DNA of 63,230 nt, filler included, from Octopus bimaculoides (GCF_001194135.2; 4 parts of 3 records of this genome joined end to end with filler, not necessarily neighbours in it), one strand, 5' to 3'; counted from the whole stretch's first letter, positions 36,232 through 50,541 are shown. Notes: generated by a model from the letters alone, not told the origin. A program made the numbers and translations.

Positions 36232-36720
36232 TAGTGCATGAAATATACACGGAGAGAAAACCACCATGTGAATTTCTTACATGCTAGAAAGGGCAATCAA
36301 AACCCGTGCTAACCACTGGTAGTTATTTAATAATTTTTACCTTTGTTAAATATTTCAATTCTTCGACCGGATAGTATATGCTTGAATTCTTGACATATAA
36401 AGATGGAACTGAATGCGCATGTGTCTACTTTGTGTTTTCGGTACGTATTGTAGTCTCATATTCATGCATTTTGCAGCGACCTTATTGACGAGCTACAGAT
36501 GATTAATTAATCAATTAATTAACTTATTAGTTGATTTATTTGGACATTAATGGTGAGACTCATAGGTATAAGGTTAACTGAAGTTTTTATTCAGTCAAAT
36601 GTCTTGCTTGCGTACAAACAACGTGCTTCAATGTAAGAATGTGTTTTCGTGGTACGAGGTTTTGACTGCATATAAGAAATCCACATGATGGTTTTCTCTC
36701 CGTGTATATTTCATACACTA
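36232..36720. mobile_element. MITE-like element with ~55-bp imperfect TIRs
   Basis: TAGTGCATGAAATATACACGGAGAGAAAACCACCATGTGAATTTCTTA / TAAGAAATCCACATGATGGTTTTCTCTCCGTGTATATTTCATACACTA. Confidence 0.7.
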
Positions 36721-36849
36721 TTATATTTAAAAATATTTATGTCTTCCGACTTTAATTACGCACGCTAACCACCGGTATAAATTATTTCATAATTTTTTAC
36801 CCCTGTATTTATAAAGTTAAATAATATATATATACGTACACATATAAGG

Positions 36850-37110
36850 AGATGATCTTCGAGCATCTGCTTCACCTTGGTCACCAGCTCGGCATTGATG
36901 TTGCGGACAGAGCGTTGGTGTCTTTCTCAAAAGTGGCCCCGCACATAGTAATTTATGGGATTACAACTGGGGGAATTAGAATGCCAGAAATTGAGGCTGG
37001 TGAAGTCGTAGAAATTCTTCAACAACCACTTCTAACTTTTTCCGGTGCTGTGGCAAGGAGCCTAATCCTGCTGCCACACATATGGCCTTCCAGCAGCAAT
37101 TCTTTCTAGC
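36850..37110 (-). mobile_element. Tc1/mariner-superfamily transposase fragment
   Basis: Minus strand reads GRPYVWQQD*APCH...KNFYDFTSLNFWHSNSPSCNPINYYV (degenerate QQDSAPCH...WPPNSPDxNPxDY). Confidence 0.75.
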
Positions 37111-37530
37111 CAAGGTTTGATCACATTATCTAGTAGTTTCCCATAGCCGTCTGAATTGAGCCTAAGACCCTGTGAAGCGGTGTGAGGTCACTCTCACTGA
37201 AGACACACCCATAAACCATTCTGTTGCAGCTGTCCATGTCACATCTCATAGTATTTACAATGTTCACAGAGCATTGAGCATTTGTCATGACGTCAACATG
37301 CTGATACCCAGCGCAAATCATTATGATACATGTATCATAATGATTTCTTATATTCAGAGGGGTTCAAGTGCTCCATGTCAGCTAACTTTTTCTCAACTAC
37401 GTACCCCAACGCTGTTGACTATTCCCCAATACATTAAGCTCTCTGTCAAATAAAGGAGACATAAAAAATTCAAATTTAGCCCGAACACCTTGTGTGTGTA
37501 TGTATATATGTATTTATGTATATATGTATT

Positions 37531-37659
<129 letters not shown>

Positions 37660-38699
37660 ATGTGTGTGTATTTACACGTATATGTATACATACATACACA
37701 CACACACACATATTTGGTTGGCTTTCTCATAGGTTTTGTCTACCAAATCCATTAACAAGGCATTGATCGACCCTGGGCTATCGGAGAAGACACTTGCCCA
37801 AAGTGCTGCGTAGTGAGACTAAATCCGAAACCACGAGCTCTCATGCCGTGTTAAAACGGTTAAAGCATTTGATAACGTTTGTTCTATAAATTAATATTAA
37901 GATATTTCGACCTTAAGCGCAAGCATGAGAAATACAGGATTTCCTTGTAGCGTACCCTGTATTATTACGTGACGGAGAGGTTTACGTAACTGCAAGTAGA
38001 ATAAATACATGATTTCTCTACAGCCGTAATGTATATGGTTTAGGGCAGAGGAAACTTGTAAAATAAGTAAAAGTGAAAAAATAAACCAGCTATTTTAAAA
38101 CTATTAACTCAATGAAGATCTGCCGAAATTCTTTTGTCTATTCTCATCTCGGGAAACAAATTCCTCTGCAAAAGCAATTAGATTTATTTTCTTGATTTGT
38201 TATTTGTGACATGAAATTATTAGCAGCGAAATTAATCTCTCTCGTGTTATTCTCGCTTTGCAAAAGAAACAGTAGCAGTGGCGGACCAATATTTCGGAGG
38301 CCATGAAGCTTGAACTGTTATAGCTCCTTCCCTTTGCAATGAACGACAATAGGACAACATTCAACAAGGTCGGAATGGCCTTATATCCATGCAAGGACTT
38401 AAGGCCCAAAGGGTGGATAGCGGTGTGATAGGTTGAAGTCGTTTGTTAACTTCTTCATTGTGTTTGTTCCATGACGGACCACTACAAATTTTGATATAAA
38501 ATTTAAACAGTACATGGGGTGGGTAGTGGCTCAGAATTAAGCATTCTTTATATACATGCTACATACATATTATAGTGATGAAATGAAACACAGCTAAGAC
38601 CAGATTTCATATATACTCTTTCATTTCAAACACCCGTGAAGTTACGTACTTCATGAATCATATTTCACAAAATATTCTTTTTTTATAGCATCATCTTCA

Positions 38700-39560
38700 C
38701 AGTTTTGTGACTTGAGAACTTCTTTGTAATGTCATTTTCTAGAGACAATATCGACAAAGAATTTAAGCACTCTTCAGTCATGGTAAACCAAAATCTATTC
38801 TTTAAAAAGAATAGCTTGAAAAATCCCTTTCTGCTTCACAACTTGTGATAGGTATTTCCAAGTACAGCTTTTAAGTGCAACAGTACTATTGGGAACACTT
38901 CAATTGGGTGTAGTTCACAAATAAGCAGAACTTTTATGCATTGCATTTTAAATGATACGATTCCTTCAGTGTTCTGGGATTTCCTTAAATGCGAATATTC
39001 TTTAAACTGACAACATTCATTAAACTAATTTGTAATCAATATATATCCAAGTATTACTAATTTTGAGAGAAACTTAAGTTTTTCGCAATCTCCTCAGTTG
39101 GATTACCAAACAGTTATAGAGTTGATTTCGAACTTGCTCTAAATTTATTAGTTGATCTCAAAGAATCATTACTACCTGTTCCAAATGAAAACTTCTTTGT
39201 AACAATAAGTCTGAAATCATCAGAATAGTTTCTGTCGTCTGAAGTTTTTTCTGGGTTCTTTAACAAACAAACTTAAAGATAATAACATGAAGATAAGCTT
39301 CAAACACATCAAAACTGGGGTTTGGAGTTTCTCACTTGTTTTGTTAAAATGCACCAACACCATTTCCAAGACAACTGTTAAAATAGCTTATCCCAACGTG
39401 ACCAATTTACGATATAAATCCCTTGCATCTCGTTTACATTCAGGCTCTTCCCTGCCTCTTCAAAAATATTTGAGAGTTTGTAAAAAATATGTGTCTGCTT
39501 TTCATAGCCCCGACTGCTTCATAGTGCGCAGACTATCTAAATATACAGTTACAGTTATGC
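38700..39560 (-). mobile_element. hAT transposase C-terminal remnant
   Basis: IPITSCEAERDFS / KNRFWFTMTEECLNSLSILSLENDI match the hAT dimerisation domain; stops and frameshifts are present. Confidence 0.65.
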
Positions 39561-39576
39561 CATCCAGAGAAAAATT

Positions 39577-40170
39577 TATCAGACTGAGTAAAAAGTAAGC
39601 AACGTTTTGAAACATGAAATTAATTACAATATATTTCAACAATGCAGAAATTTTATTCATCAATTAAGTACCATTACAATCAACACATTTTTGCCATCAA
39701 GTTACAAGTTTGTTTATTCCGGTAACATAAAAATCTGGAGTTCTGAAGCTGATGAACTCTTTGAACGCACGTTCAGTATCGGTTTGACTTTTGAACTCCT
39801 TCTCTCACAGGAAACCATCAAGGTGCTTGAAAAAGTGGTAGTCGGTAGGAGAAAGGTCTGGGGAATAAGCTGGATGGGGAAGAGCTTTGTAGCCAAGTTC
39901 CCTCAACCTCTGGAGTGTCATTAGTGAAAGATGTGGTCGAGCATTGTCGTGAGGAATGATTGGCCCTCTTCTGCTGACCAGTCTGGGACGGAGGAGTAGC
40001 AGTTTTTCGTTTATTTTGGCAATTTCATGGCAATATGTTTCTACAGTAATGGTTTTTCTGGGTTTTAATAAGTTACAGTGGATGAGTCCAGCAACGCACC
40101 ACCTGTCCCCTTCTTTTTGAAGAGCTCGGATTTAGGGAAGGTTTTCGGAGCTTCATTTTGGTCCAACCAC
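39577..40170 (-). mobile_element. mariner (Hsmar1-like) 3' half with terminal TIR
   Basis: WLDQNEAPKTFPK, HDNARPH, LPHPAYSPDLSPTDYHFFKHLD, WQKCVDCNG; TIR-like TATCAGACTGAGTAAAAAGTAAGCAACGTTTTG at 39577. Confidence 0.88.
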
Positions 40171-42283
40171 TCAAATAGCATGTCTGTTGGCTTGATGGGA
40201 ATTCTTGGAATGAAAACCGTTTCCCCAGAGACACATTCAGTGATGATGGTAACTTCTATTACATTTTGGAGGAGTTCCAGGTGGCTCAAGAGAATTAAGG
40301 AACTCTGTTGTGTAATGGACAGCTTGACTTTTATCAAGGACTAAATCAACTGTTTTGTACTCCTTAGTGACTGTTGGAATCTTATTCATTAATTTGTGGT
40401 TAATCCTTGCTACTTCCTCATATTCTGGAGCAAGAATTGCCCTTTGACATAACCATTTATGTGAATTTTATTTATTACTGAAGTCTGGAAATACTCTGTT
40501 CTTCAATTCAGCTATGGAATTCACCATGATAGCAATATGAGCCAAATTGATATAACCAGTCCCGTCAAATGGTACTTCCCATTTCCTAATTAGAGGATCC
40601 AGGTTGAAAACTGCTCTGCACATTGGTCCCCATGTGATAAAGCCCGCACTTTAGTATTGAAGGAAATTTCTGTACCTTATTCCGTAGGTGTGAAGACTTA
40701 ATGCATGCTTTAATTTCATCAGATCTTGTTCGTCTCGGAAAGACTGGTAATATCTGTCTGAAGTCTCCTAATAAAACTAATATAACTCCTCCCATAGATT
40801 TATTGTTGCCTCTTTTGTCCTTTAAGGTCTTATCAAGAGCTGCCATTGCACCTCTATGTGACATGGTGTAGTCATCCCAAATTGTCAGGTGGCATTGACG
40901 CAACGCTTCTGCTGAACATGAAATTTTGCTTATGTTACAAATTGGACTGTAGTTTGTGATCAGGTTTAGCGGTAATTTAAAAGCAGAATGATCTGTTCGT
41001 CCTCCTTTTTCGTTATCTTACTTTAGAGAGAAGCAATGTTGTTACAAATGCTTTATTTGTTCCACCAAGAGCATTAAGAAAGAAAATTCCTCCGCTTTTT
41101 TCTCTGTCTAACGAAATAATTTTATCATATGCACAACGTTTAGGTTCATGTTCATTCACAAATGCAGCCAACTCAGTGATGTTATAATTTGTTTCTCTTG
41201 CTATGTCTCTTGAAGTTAAATCACTAATTTGACGGTTTGATTTTGGCAGTCCAAAACCAAAACTCTTGCAAATTTTTGCCTCCCATGGCCAAAACGTGAT
41301 CCTCAATTTTAATCAGTACTTGGTTAAAAATCGTTTCAGAGAACTGAATAATGATATCTGGGTTTGCCTGTTGAACTGCATAATATAAGTCCTCAGCCAT
41401 GTCCTCATGATGTTTTATCCAAAGCTGTCGGGAACTACCACGTTGACACAAGTTCAGTATAATTGCAAAAAGGTTACGGATTTTCCTTGAAGAATATGAT
41501 ACTGATGATTCAGTCAATGCAAGGTCCCAATACTCATCATTTTCTAAAAACAAAACCTTTTTGATAGCATGCTTCCCTATAAGTTTCACACACATGACCT
41601 CGAATCTTGGAATGATTTCGGACCACGTACTTCAAGCAAAAGAAACCGTAAGTAGTAGCATTCTGCTTGGCTTGGGTGAACACTATAAACTCTTGCAAGA
41701 GCGTCATCCCCAAGTTTCCTCTTGTGCCATTTGTTGTTTCTCCAGGTGTAATATTTGGGTAACTGTGGGCAAGGGAGTTCTCTTGGATCTTCACCCACTT
41801 GACAAAACTCAAAAAAGCAGTAAGGGTAGTTTCTTTTGGAAAAAGTGCTTGTTGCAAGGCTGTTTGTCTTGTAAAGATAACCCTGTGGCCATTCTCCAGA
41901 TGAACACTCAGATGAATGATGGCTGGGTGCCTCTCATGAATGGGAAAATTAAAGATGCGCCAAAAAGTCTCATTGGTACTGATGTATCTTCCTCTGTCAT
42001 ACTGTGCAACTTCATCATTTTTATTTATCTGCTGACTGCCATTCTGCATAAGAGTGTATGTTGCAGCATCTAGACCTTTATTTATATATTTGCAAACTGA
42101 GTTGCAAAAGCCAATATTGACTCTGGCTACCTGTACTCGTCTTTGCTTCGCTGTAGAATACTGATCATCTACATCTTCGGAAACTTTTTTGAAAATTAAA
42201 ATGGGGATTAAATGAAAAAATGAGTTACGTGAATATCTTCACAAGAGTGATTGAAATAAATGGCGAACGTGGGACGCCGCACG

Positions 42284-42327
<44 letters not shown>

Positions 42328-42605
42328 TACATACAGTATCAAGCATCAGATGAAATGAACGTGTGTGTGAGGGAGAGAGAGGGAGCAAGTGATGGGGTAT
42401 GTTGTCATGTATACGTACGTACATACATAAATAAATATGCATGTATCTTTTTATATGTACGTGTGCGTGTGAGAGAGAGAAGAGGGCCACTTAGACATCT
42501 CTCTCTCTCTCTCTCTCTAACACACACATACACACACACGCGCACACATACAAAAAAGATGTATGCATATGTATTTATGTATGTACCTATACATGACAAC
42601 ATACC

Positions 42606-42653
<48 letters not shown>

Positions 42654-43157
42654 CACATACATGAATGTATACACACGTACATACAAAAACACACGTGAGC
42701 ATGTATAACTGACTACAACTACATAGAGCTGAACATGGCGCGCAAAAAGTAAATAAATAATAACTTTTTACGGAAATGAACGAATTGTGCTGGCTCAAGC
42801 GAAATTTGTGAACTTAGTAAATATTTCTTTCGGTAATTTAACGTAGTTGTTTACAAATAGCGAATTAAAACTTGAAATGAAAACATTAAAATAGAGAGTG
42901 AGAGATTTAGCAAATGAAAACGGAAAATTTCGCCGTTGCTACATGAATACCGTAAGTTGACATGGAGAAACCTTTTTTAAAGAAGCGAATCATATTTATA
43001 TAAAGCAATAATATTTATTTTTAATAAAAAAATTAACTGAAGAGCTTATTATGTATCCGAGGTCAAATTAATCATGCATTCCAAGTATGGAAGCAAATCG
43101 CGCAGCCGTTTTCGCGTGAAAAGTGAAAGCACACACAGGTCTATTTTATATAAGAGA
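40171..43157 (-). mobile_element. Helitron (Rep C-terminus plus Pif1 helicase, degenerate, internally deleted)
   Basis: CKYINKG, DEVAQYDRGRYIS, FPIHERHPAIIHLSVHLENG, LPKYYTW, FFLNALGGTNK (Walker A), LLGDFRQILPV, VFIPRIP; Helitron-like 5' end A|TCTCTTATATAAAA at 43157 (minus). Confidence 0.85.
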
Positions 43158-44140
43158 TAAAACAAACTAATTACCTAAATTATTTTAAAACAGTAATATA
43201 AATACTACAGAACAAACTAACTGGCAGCTTTCTAAGGCAAAAGAACCTGCGAAAACTAGTGATATGCAAAGCAAAATTGATCGCTCTATAAAATTAACCG
43301 TCATGTTATTTATACTGACGAGGATAGTTCTTTTTCAAGGCTTCAGAGAGACTGACTTGGGCGTATTATTTTCGTTCGACTCTTACTCTTTGATGCCATT
43401 AATTTTTGGTTTTTCTCTACCCAGTTGTGGCTTTTTGGTAGAAAAGATCTGAACCTAAATTTCAGCTGTGTTAATCTTACATAAAAATGAAGACTTTGTC
43501 GTCTGTTTCTACTTGACACAACATTAAAAAAGCAGTAAAGGTTCCCATATACGCGGCCCGAGGTCGATTCCTAACATTGTAATGTTAATAATAATTAATG
43601 GTGGTGACCTAGCATCACCACAACTTCTGGCTGAAACTGCAAAATTTTGCATATTTCGTTACTCTTTACAACTAACTTCATTACTTATAAGATAACTTAC
43701 GCGGAAGTATTTCAGGCATATACGTGGTTTGCCAGTGGTGATTAGCTATCGGGGGAAAACTTGCTCTTCTACATGAAGTTAGTGCAGGATTTTAAGTTAC
43801 CAATCAGTGTAACGATTGATAGAGTACCTCTGTGTTATTTTTTACTAAAATGTTGTGAGAGTACTATAATCCTCCACTTCCTGAATCCGTAGTCCCTGGT
43901 AACAAAGAATGAACATAACTGCCACGTGAAATGATTTTGGGTTGATAAATCTCAAATTATAATTTTGACCATTGACTTCGATACATACCCACTCTTAGAT
44001 TGATAATAACATCAGTAAGCGTTCTGATAATAAGTTTTTCTCTATCTTTGACCTTAAGAGTGTATATCGCTAAATACCTATGTGAGAGTAAGATAAGAAG
44101 CTCACTCATTTTGAAGTAGATTGACGGTTTTATCTAGTTT

Positions 44141-44231
<91 letters not shown>

Positions 44232-44649
44232 CATATGAGTATGCTACGAATGGTGTTTCTTGTTTTCATATGGCTATAAATAAACCTCTCATACCTTAAC
44301 AATGTGTTAATAGATAGAATAGACAAACTTGAATATGATTGAATGTGCAAAAAAGAAACTTAGCCCAGAATGATTCCAAATTTGTTATACTGATAAGTAC
44401 TATCAACATATTTACCTATTGTATTGGGAACGATTTTGTTCAGCCTCATCCTGAGAGATTACATCTTTTACTTAAGCTGCTATTTCCATCAAAACTTGTC
44501 TCTTTGTAGAACTCTAAGCATGCGTGCTTATTATGTAAAATTGATCTATAAATTGTCAGATAAAATTAAACCTTTATCAGAAATACTGTTATATCCTTTA
44601 GTGCATTTAATACTTAGAATAAGAATCGACAGAATGTTGCCTTAATAGC

Positions 44650-45800
44650 TAATGATGAAAATCGACATTGTGTCTAATGTTGCCGTTTCAGTTATTCTAA
44701 ACCAAAGAGACAAGGTAGTTGCTTTCATATCAAAACATCTGTCTAATAGTAAATCGGCTATCAATGAAGAAGCCATTGTAATTATGGAGGCTGCTTGTAA
44801 TTGGGATCATCTTGCTGGGTGCCATTTTATTTTCATTACTGAACAACGATCAGTTGACTTTATGTTGGATTATAATTAAGTACACTAAAATTGAAAAAAA
44901 AAGAAGAAACGATACGAAATGGCATATCATGCCTGAATATTTTTTTACACATTAATTCTCGACTTGGATACGATATTGTTGTCATTCCAAGCATCTGAAA
45001 TTCAAGAAATGTACCACTCATGAATAATAACAATACTTATTTTGTGCGATCTAAAAATCTGCCCTTTTCTACTGATGTTAAAAGTGCCTGTCCTTGTTAA
45101 TTGTATGTCGAACTTAAACCTCGATTATTTGGCCCATTAGAAAGTATTCCGATCAAAGTTACTATGAAGAATTTTTGTGTCGACTTCAAAGAGCCATTTA
45201 TATCATCATTATCTTGCAAGTATCTTTTTGCGATCATTGATGAATTCCAAAATTTTACTTTTGCGATACCCTTTCCAAATATCAGTTTTGTCACTGTTAT
45301 GATATGTCTGGATAAAATCTTTATACAATGTCATCGATAGATATACTCACTCTGATAGTGGTGAAGATATATTCAGTCTGATGGCTCACAAAAGATGTAA
45401 ATGATAATTTGAATAAAGGAGTAGTTGAGACATACAAAATTACACCCATGTGGCAATAACCAAGTTGAAGAGTACAATATCATTATCAGAAAAGTAGTCA
45501 AGTAAGTCACAAAACTCATGACTTCTCTGATTTTTGAGTACTTCTAGATGTACCTAATAATGTCCAATTATATTAAGCCAACAGCACACCATCAATAGCA
45601 ACACATTACTGACCTGGCTTACACTTCCTAGTAAATTTCAATTACGCCTGTTCGCCCGGGATAGCAACAGTAGTTCATAAATCGATAAGGTAAAAGTAAC
45701 CGGAACAAATCCACTATATGAATAAGAGGGATTTCAAAGGATAGACAATCAACAGCATCGTTGCGTGGTTTTGCACAATGCTCACTAACTAATGATATTG
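44650..45800 (+). mobile_element. Ty3/Gypsy pol remnant (RNase H plus integrase)
   Basis: VVAFISKHL...EEAIVIMEA...HFIFITEQRSVDFM and VDFKEPF...KYLFAIIDEFQNFTFAIP. No LTRs recognised. Confidence 0.7.
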
Positions 45801-46845
45801 GAACGTCTACAGAATTGACAATGCAACATTCTCAGTACGAGATATTCTAGCTGCTGCTTCACCATAGCCAATACAAATGTTGCTTTCTTCTTTTCAACTG
45901 ATTATATATAAGCCGGACGAAAGAAGACCACTGAAATTCGGAAGCCAAATTGAGTATCCAGGTCTTCTGACAGATTTTTTTGTTAGTTGGTATTTTTTTC
46001 TTAAAACCTTAACACAATTCTCGGGCCAAATTAGTGTGACACAATATGTGATAAGGCTGGTCTTTGAACTACAAGTAGAATCCAACCGACGGGCTTCTAC
46101 ACAGTTTCCATCTACTCAATTTTCTTTACAAGGCTCGGATCGACACTAGGTTACACTAGAAAACATTTTCCCAAAACGTAGCACAATGAGATCGAACCCA
46201 GAACTTCTTGGCTGGTCCACATTACAGCTGAGTAGGGTAGAGCAATGTAAAATGAAGCACCTTGGTCAAGAACACATCGTGCCAACCAGTTCAGGAATTA
46301 AATCCACGGAGCTATGCTCCTGAGCCGAACATCCTAACCACTAGGGCATGCACATTCACAATGGTGAAAACCTTCCTGAGATCAGGTAACTTCCATCTGG
46401 TTTTTCAATCTGCTGAAGATAGCAGCCAAATCTCTCTAAAATCTCGTTTAGTCTTAAAAATAAAATCTCACGTAAGATATTGTAGTATCTAATTTAGAAA
46501 AACACAGGATTTGTGTTTTAATACCCTCTGGGTTTGTTGATGAAGGTGCATAAACTTTGATATTTGTTACAATTGTATATTTGGGTAGATTGACTCATGC
46601 TGTCGTAAGTCTGTCACTTGCTCCTTTACAGTCTTCTGTTAACTTTTTACAATTCATTTCTAACAAGTAAAACTTAAACCAGCATATCTCAACGATGCGT
46701 TCAGACCAAGTAAAAGATAATTTATAAGCTACAGGATTAAGCCAAGCGGAGACGTTGCATCAACTATGCAATACAAATTACAGATTTATTCTGGTTAAAT
46801 ATTTCAACAAGTATAACTCTCGTTCTGTATCATGCTTATTGCTAA

Positions 46846-46930
46846 TACATACATAACATACATACATAACATACATACATAACATACATACATAACATAC
46901 ATACATAACATACATACATAACATACATAT
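46846..46930. repeat. 13-bp tandem repeat (ATAACATACATAC)n
   Basis: About six visible units. Confidence 0.85.
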
Positions 46931-47864
46931 AGTTGTTCTTTTTGTTGTTGTTTAGCTTATATACAGAGAGAGAGGGGGAAGAGAGGGAAAATAATCGATT
47001 TTAAAATAGATTTTTCCTAATAATCAACCGTTTCCGAATATAATACTAAAAGTTTGCTTTCTAAAAAAATTACAAGTGTTTATGATATCGCTACATTTAT
47101 CTGTAGTGAATCAAAACAACTACTATTTCATCAATACCATTTATGTAACAATCAAAAGTTAAAACAGACGGAAATAAATCAGATTAATTTAGAAATGAAA
47201 GAGCGCAATTAGATTAAAAGTACGAACAAATTATTGAAAATAAATAAGAATTGTAACTGCACTTACAAATGCTAAGTATTGTATGAAAATATTACTTTGT
47301 TTTGTGATTGTGTATAACTTTTTTTAGTTTGATCTGAAGATATGGCTTGGAATTTTTTTAAACAAGACTTTAGAAAAACAAAAGACTTAATCACAAACAA
47401 CTAACGATGTAGAGAAAATGTTTGAAATGCGTTCTATTGACGTTAATGGTTATACATCAACTTGTCAATATCAAAGGAAACCAAAATGGTTGTTTACTTA
47501 CAAACTAAACTTGTTTCCACACCAGTAACTATTCTAAAGATAATACTCGTCCTTAGGAAGAGAAATATTAGTAGAAATTTTTTATGTAAGTAGTTTACTT
47601 GTAAACTTTGTGTCGCATAAGAGATGCTTAAAACAAATGATATATTCCCAGCCGGATTAAAGAAAGGGGATTTTTTACTATTCGAAATTAATTCAAGAAA
47701 TTTCCAACAAGAGAATCTTTGTTCAGTCGTTCGACCAGAACGAAAATTGGAGTCAAATCTTCTTCAAATACTAGTCTACTGTTTTTTTTTTGTTTTTTTT
47801 TTTTTGTTGTTTTTTAATGGTTCGATATAAAGGATAAACTAATATTATACATAATACAACACAA

Positions 47865-47990
47865 TGATCTAGCAGAGTCGTTAGCCCGCTGAGCGAAATG
47901 CTTAGCGGCATTTCATCCGTCTTTTCGTTCTCGGTTCCAATTCTGACCAGGTCGACTTTTCGTTTCTGTTGTGTCGACGCACCCAAGCGA
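47865..47990 (+). mobile_element. SINE family B (degenerate)
   Basis: GCGAAATGCTTAGCGGCATTTCATCCGTC...GGTCGACTTT. Confidence 0.65.
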
Positions 47991-49537
47991 AGAAGTAGGA
48001 TCGCCCAAGACATATAAATAGAGGTAGTCTAGCCGTGGCAGAGAGTTGAGTAGCTGTCGTGTAGCGGTTGAGTACAGATCATCCGAAGGTGTTAGATAGC
48101 AATAGCTTGAGACATAACAGTTTCCTCCTTTCGCAGTCGATAAAATAAGTATCAGTTGAGCACTGGATCGATGTCATCGACTCCCCTCTCCCCCACAATT
48201 GCTGGTCTTGAGGCAAAATTTGAAATCAATACTAAATATAACGCAATGGCTGGTCACGGCTGGAATACCAGCCCAAACAAGCATAAGGAACACATTTGCA
48301 CAAAATTAGCTGTAACAGCATTAGTTTCACTCGCTCCAAGCACTTTGGGTAGATACACACTATCAACAATAAGCGAGTAACAGCGACTATTGCATTCAGA
48401 GCAAGTCACCTAACCCGCCTCTGCTGTAGCCACCACCGGAATCTATCAGTGTATAAAAATAGGCAGCACAACAGAGAGAATGCAACATATTGAATGTCGC
48501 ATTGCACAGTACCCGTTATAGTATTTAGTTAGACGGAAGCATGTTATGACTGGCAAGGTGAATTTGTGGCTCGTGTCTTCTTGATTTGGACTTTTCAACG
48601 GTTACATAACAGCAACAATGACAGAAAGCATTATTTGAACCTAGGGTCTCGTGTAAGTCAAAAATATTGTAGTTCGGCTGGTTGTTTCGATGGTCATTTT
48701 CAACCAATTAATAAAGCAAATAATCAACTAAAGCTTATTTCTAGCATTCAAATGTATAATAAATTATTTAAAAGCAACAGCCAGATCCGTTATAGAATTC
48801 TCAAAAACTAAATTGTGGGAAAGCGGATGTGATAAGATGTCTAAAAACAGATATAAGCTGATCAATTTAATATGTATTTTATATTTTATGTCTACACTGA
48901 TTTAACATGTTTGTTATTACCGACAATCTGACCTTAATAAACATCAAGCTCAGAAAGAAATTTGAATGAAGGAAGAAATACTAGTGACGGAAAACGCTAA
49001 CTGAAACCAAAACACATTAATCAATTTATGTTATTCATAACAATAATATTTCTTAATGTACGATCGTTTATGAATCCCATTAATTAAATCTTTTAGCGAT
49101 ATCTTAACATTAGTTTTTCTTTAAAATACAAATAAAAACTTTACGAAATATTTCCTTGCCGCGTATTTACAAGTATATGCCTATATCTGAATCTGTATGT
49201 GCGTACGTGAATGAGCTTAAAAATATAATTGAATTCAAACCAATAAATTGTTGTGTGTTTATGAAATAAAGTCACGGAGTTTACTTCAGACACAACAGAG
49301 TAGATGAGATGCTTCATGTTATCTAGCCAATGTCTGATGGCTTTGCATGTAAATCGAGACGTATTATTTGATTTGTTTTCCATCCCTTTTTAAAAAATAA
49401 ACGTGCCAAAATTAAAATGAGATTGATTTCACGATGCATCTCGGTAGCAACCGAGAGGAAATTTCGCCTTAGCTCATACCATTTTACATTAATCCTTCAA
49501 AACATCTATTTATCAATTTTATCCCAGCAGCAGCAAC

Positions 49538-49596
<59 letters not shown>

Positions 49597-49783
49597 CAGC
49601 AGCAGCAGCAGCAGTAGTAATTTTCGTTATTGTTCAAGTTAACCCATAAGGAAGCGGGTGAAGAATTAGCGAGAGGTAAATTACTTGAAATATTGGAGTA
49701 ATCACAAAACTTTTTCTGTATACCGATGGCGTTATAGATTCTTGGTATACGATTTACCATTTCTTTGTTTCACTCAGTGGACT

Positions 49784-49942
49784 GCGGCTGTGTGATAAGT
49801 AGCTTGCTTACCAACCACATGGTTCCGGGTTCAGTCCTAGTGCGTGGCACCTTGGGCAAGTGTCTTCTACTATAGCCTCGGGCCGACCAAAGACTTGGGA
49901 GCGGATTTGGTAGACGTAAACTGAAAGAAGCCCATCGTATAC

Positions 49943-49979
<37 letters not shown>

Positions 49980-50172
49980 TGTCCCCCAACATCGCTTGAC
50001 AACCGATGTTGGTGTGTTTACTTCCCCGGAACTTAGCGGTTCGGCAAAATAGACCCATATAATAAGTACTAGGCTTACAGAGAATAAGTCTTGGGGTCGA
50101 TTTGCTCGACTAAAGGTAGTGCTCCAGCATGGCCACAGTCAAATGACTGAAACAAGTAAAAGAATAAAAGAA
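49784..50172 (+). mobile_element. SINE family A, near full length
   Basis: Head, (GT)n linker and tail ending GAAACAAGTAAAAGAATAAAAGAAT. Confidence 0.88.
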
Positions 50173-50184
50173 TATATAAACTCG

Positions 50185-50541
50185 ACTCTGTTGGTCACGA
50201 ATGATCATGGTGCACCGAAGAGGTTCCCTTCCGGAGTACAAGTCTGGGCAGAAAGTCGCCTCACCGGCGAACGTACAACCTAAGATTGTTTTTCATGGAA
50301 GACCAGCAGTCGCCCATACCGGCCTCCCCTCTCCACGCCATTGATGTTATCCAAGGCAAAGGTTAGGTTGATACAGCTCGGTCTCAGTAACGTCGCAACT
50401 CATTTCTACAGCTGAGTGGACTGGAGCAACGTGAAATAAAGTGTCTTGCTCAAGACAAGAACACAACACGCAGTCCGGTCCGGGAATCGAACTAACAACC
50501 TCACGATAGTAAGCTCGACGCTCTAACCACTGAGCCTTCAC
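50185..50541 (-). mobile_element. tRNA-derived SINE family C
   Basis: Minus strand: GGCTCAGTGGTTAGAGCG (A box), GTTCGATTCCC (B box), TCTTGAGCAAGACACTTTATTTCACGTTGCTCCAG. Confidence 0.85.

Noticed and set aside
50440-50541. tRNA genes at SINE heads (also 62940-63014)
   Set aside because: A and B boxes are present, but they run into SINE bodies found in several copies; I see no complete cloverleaf or terminator.
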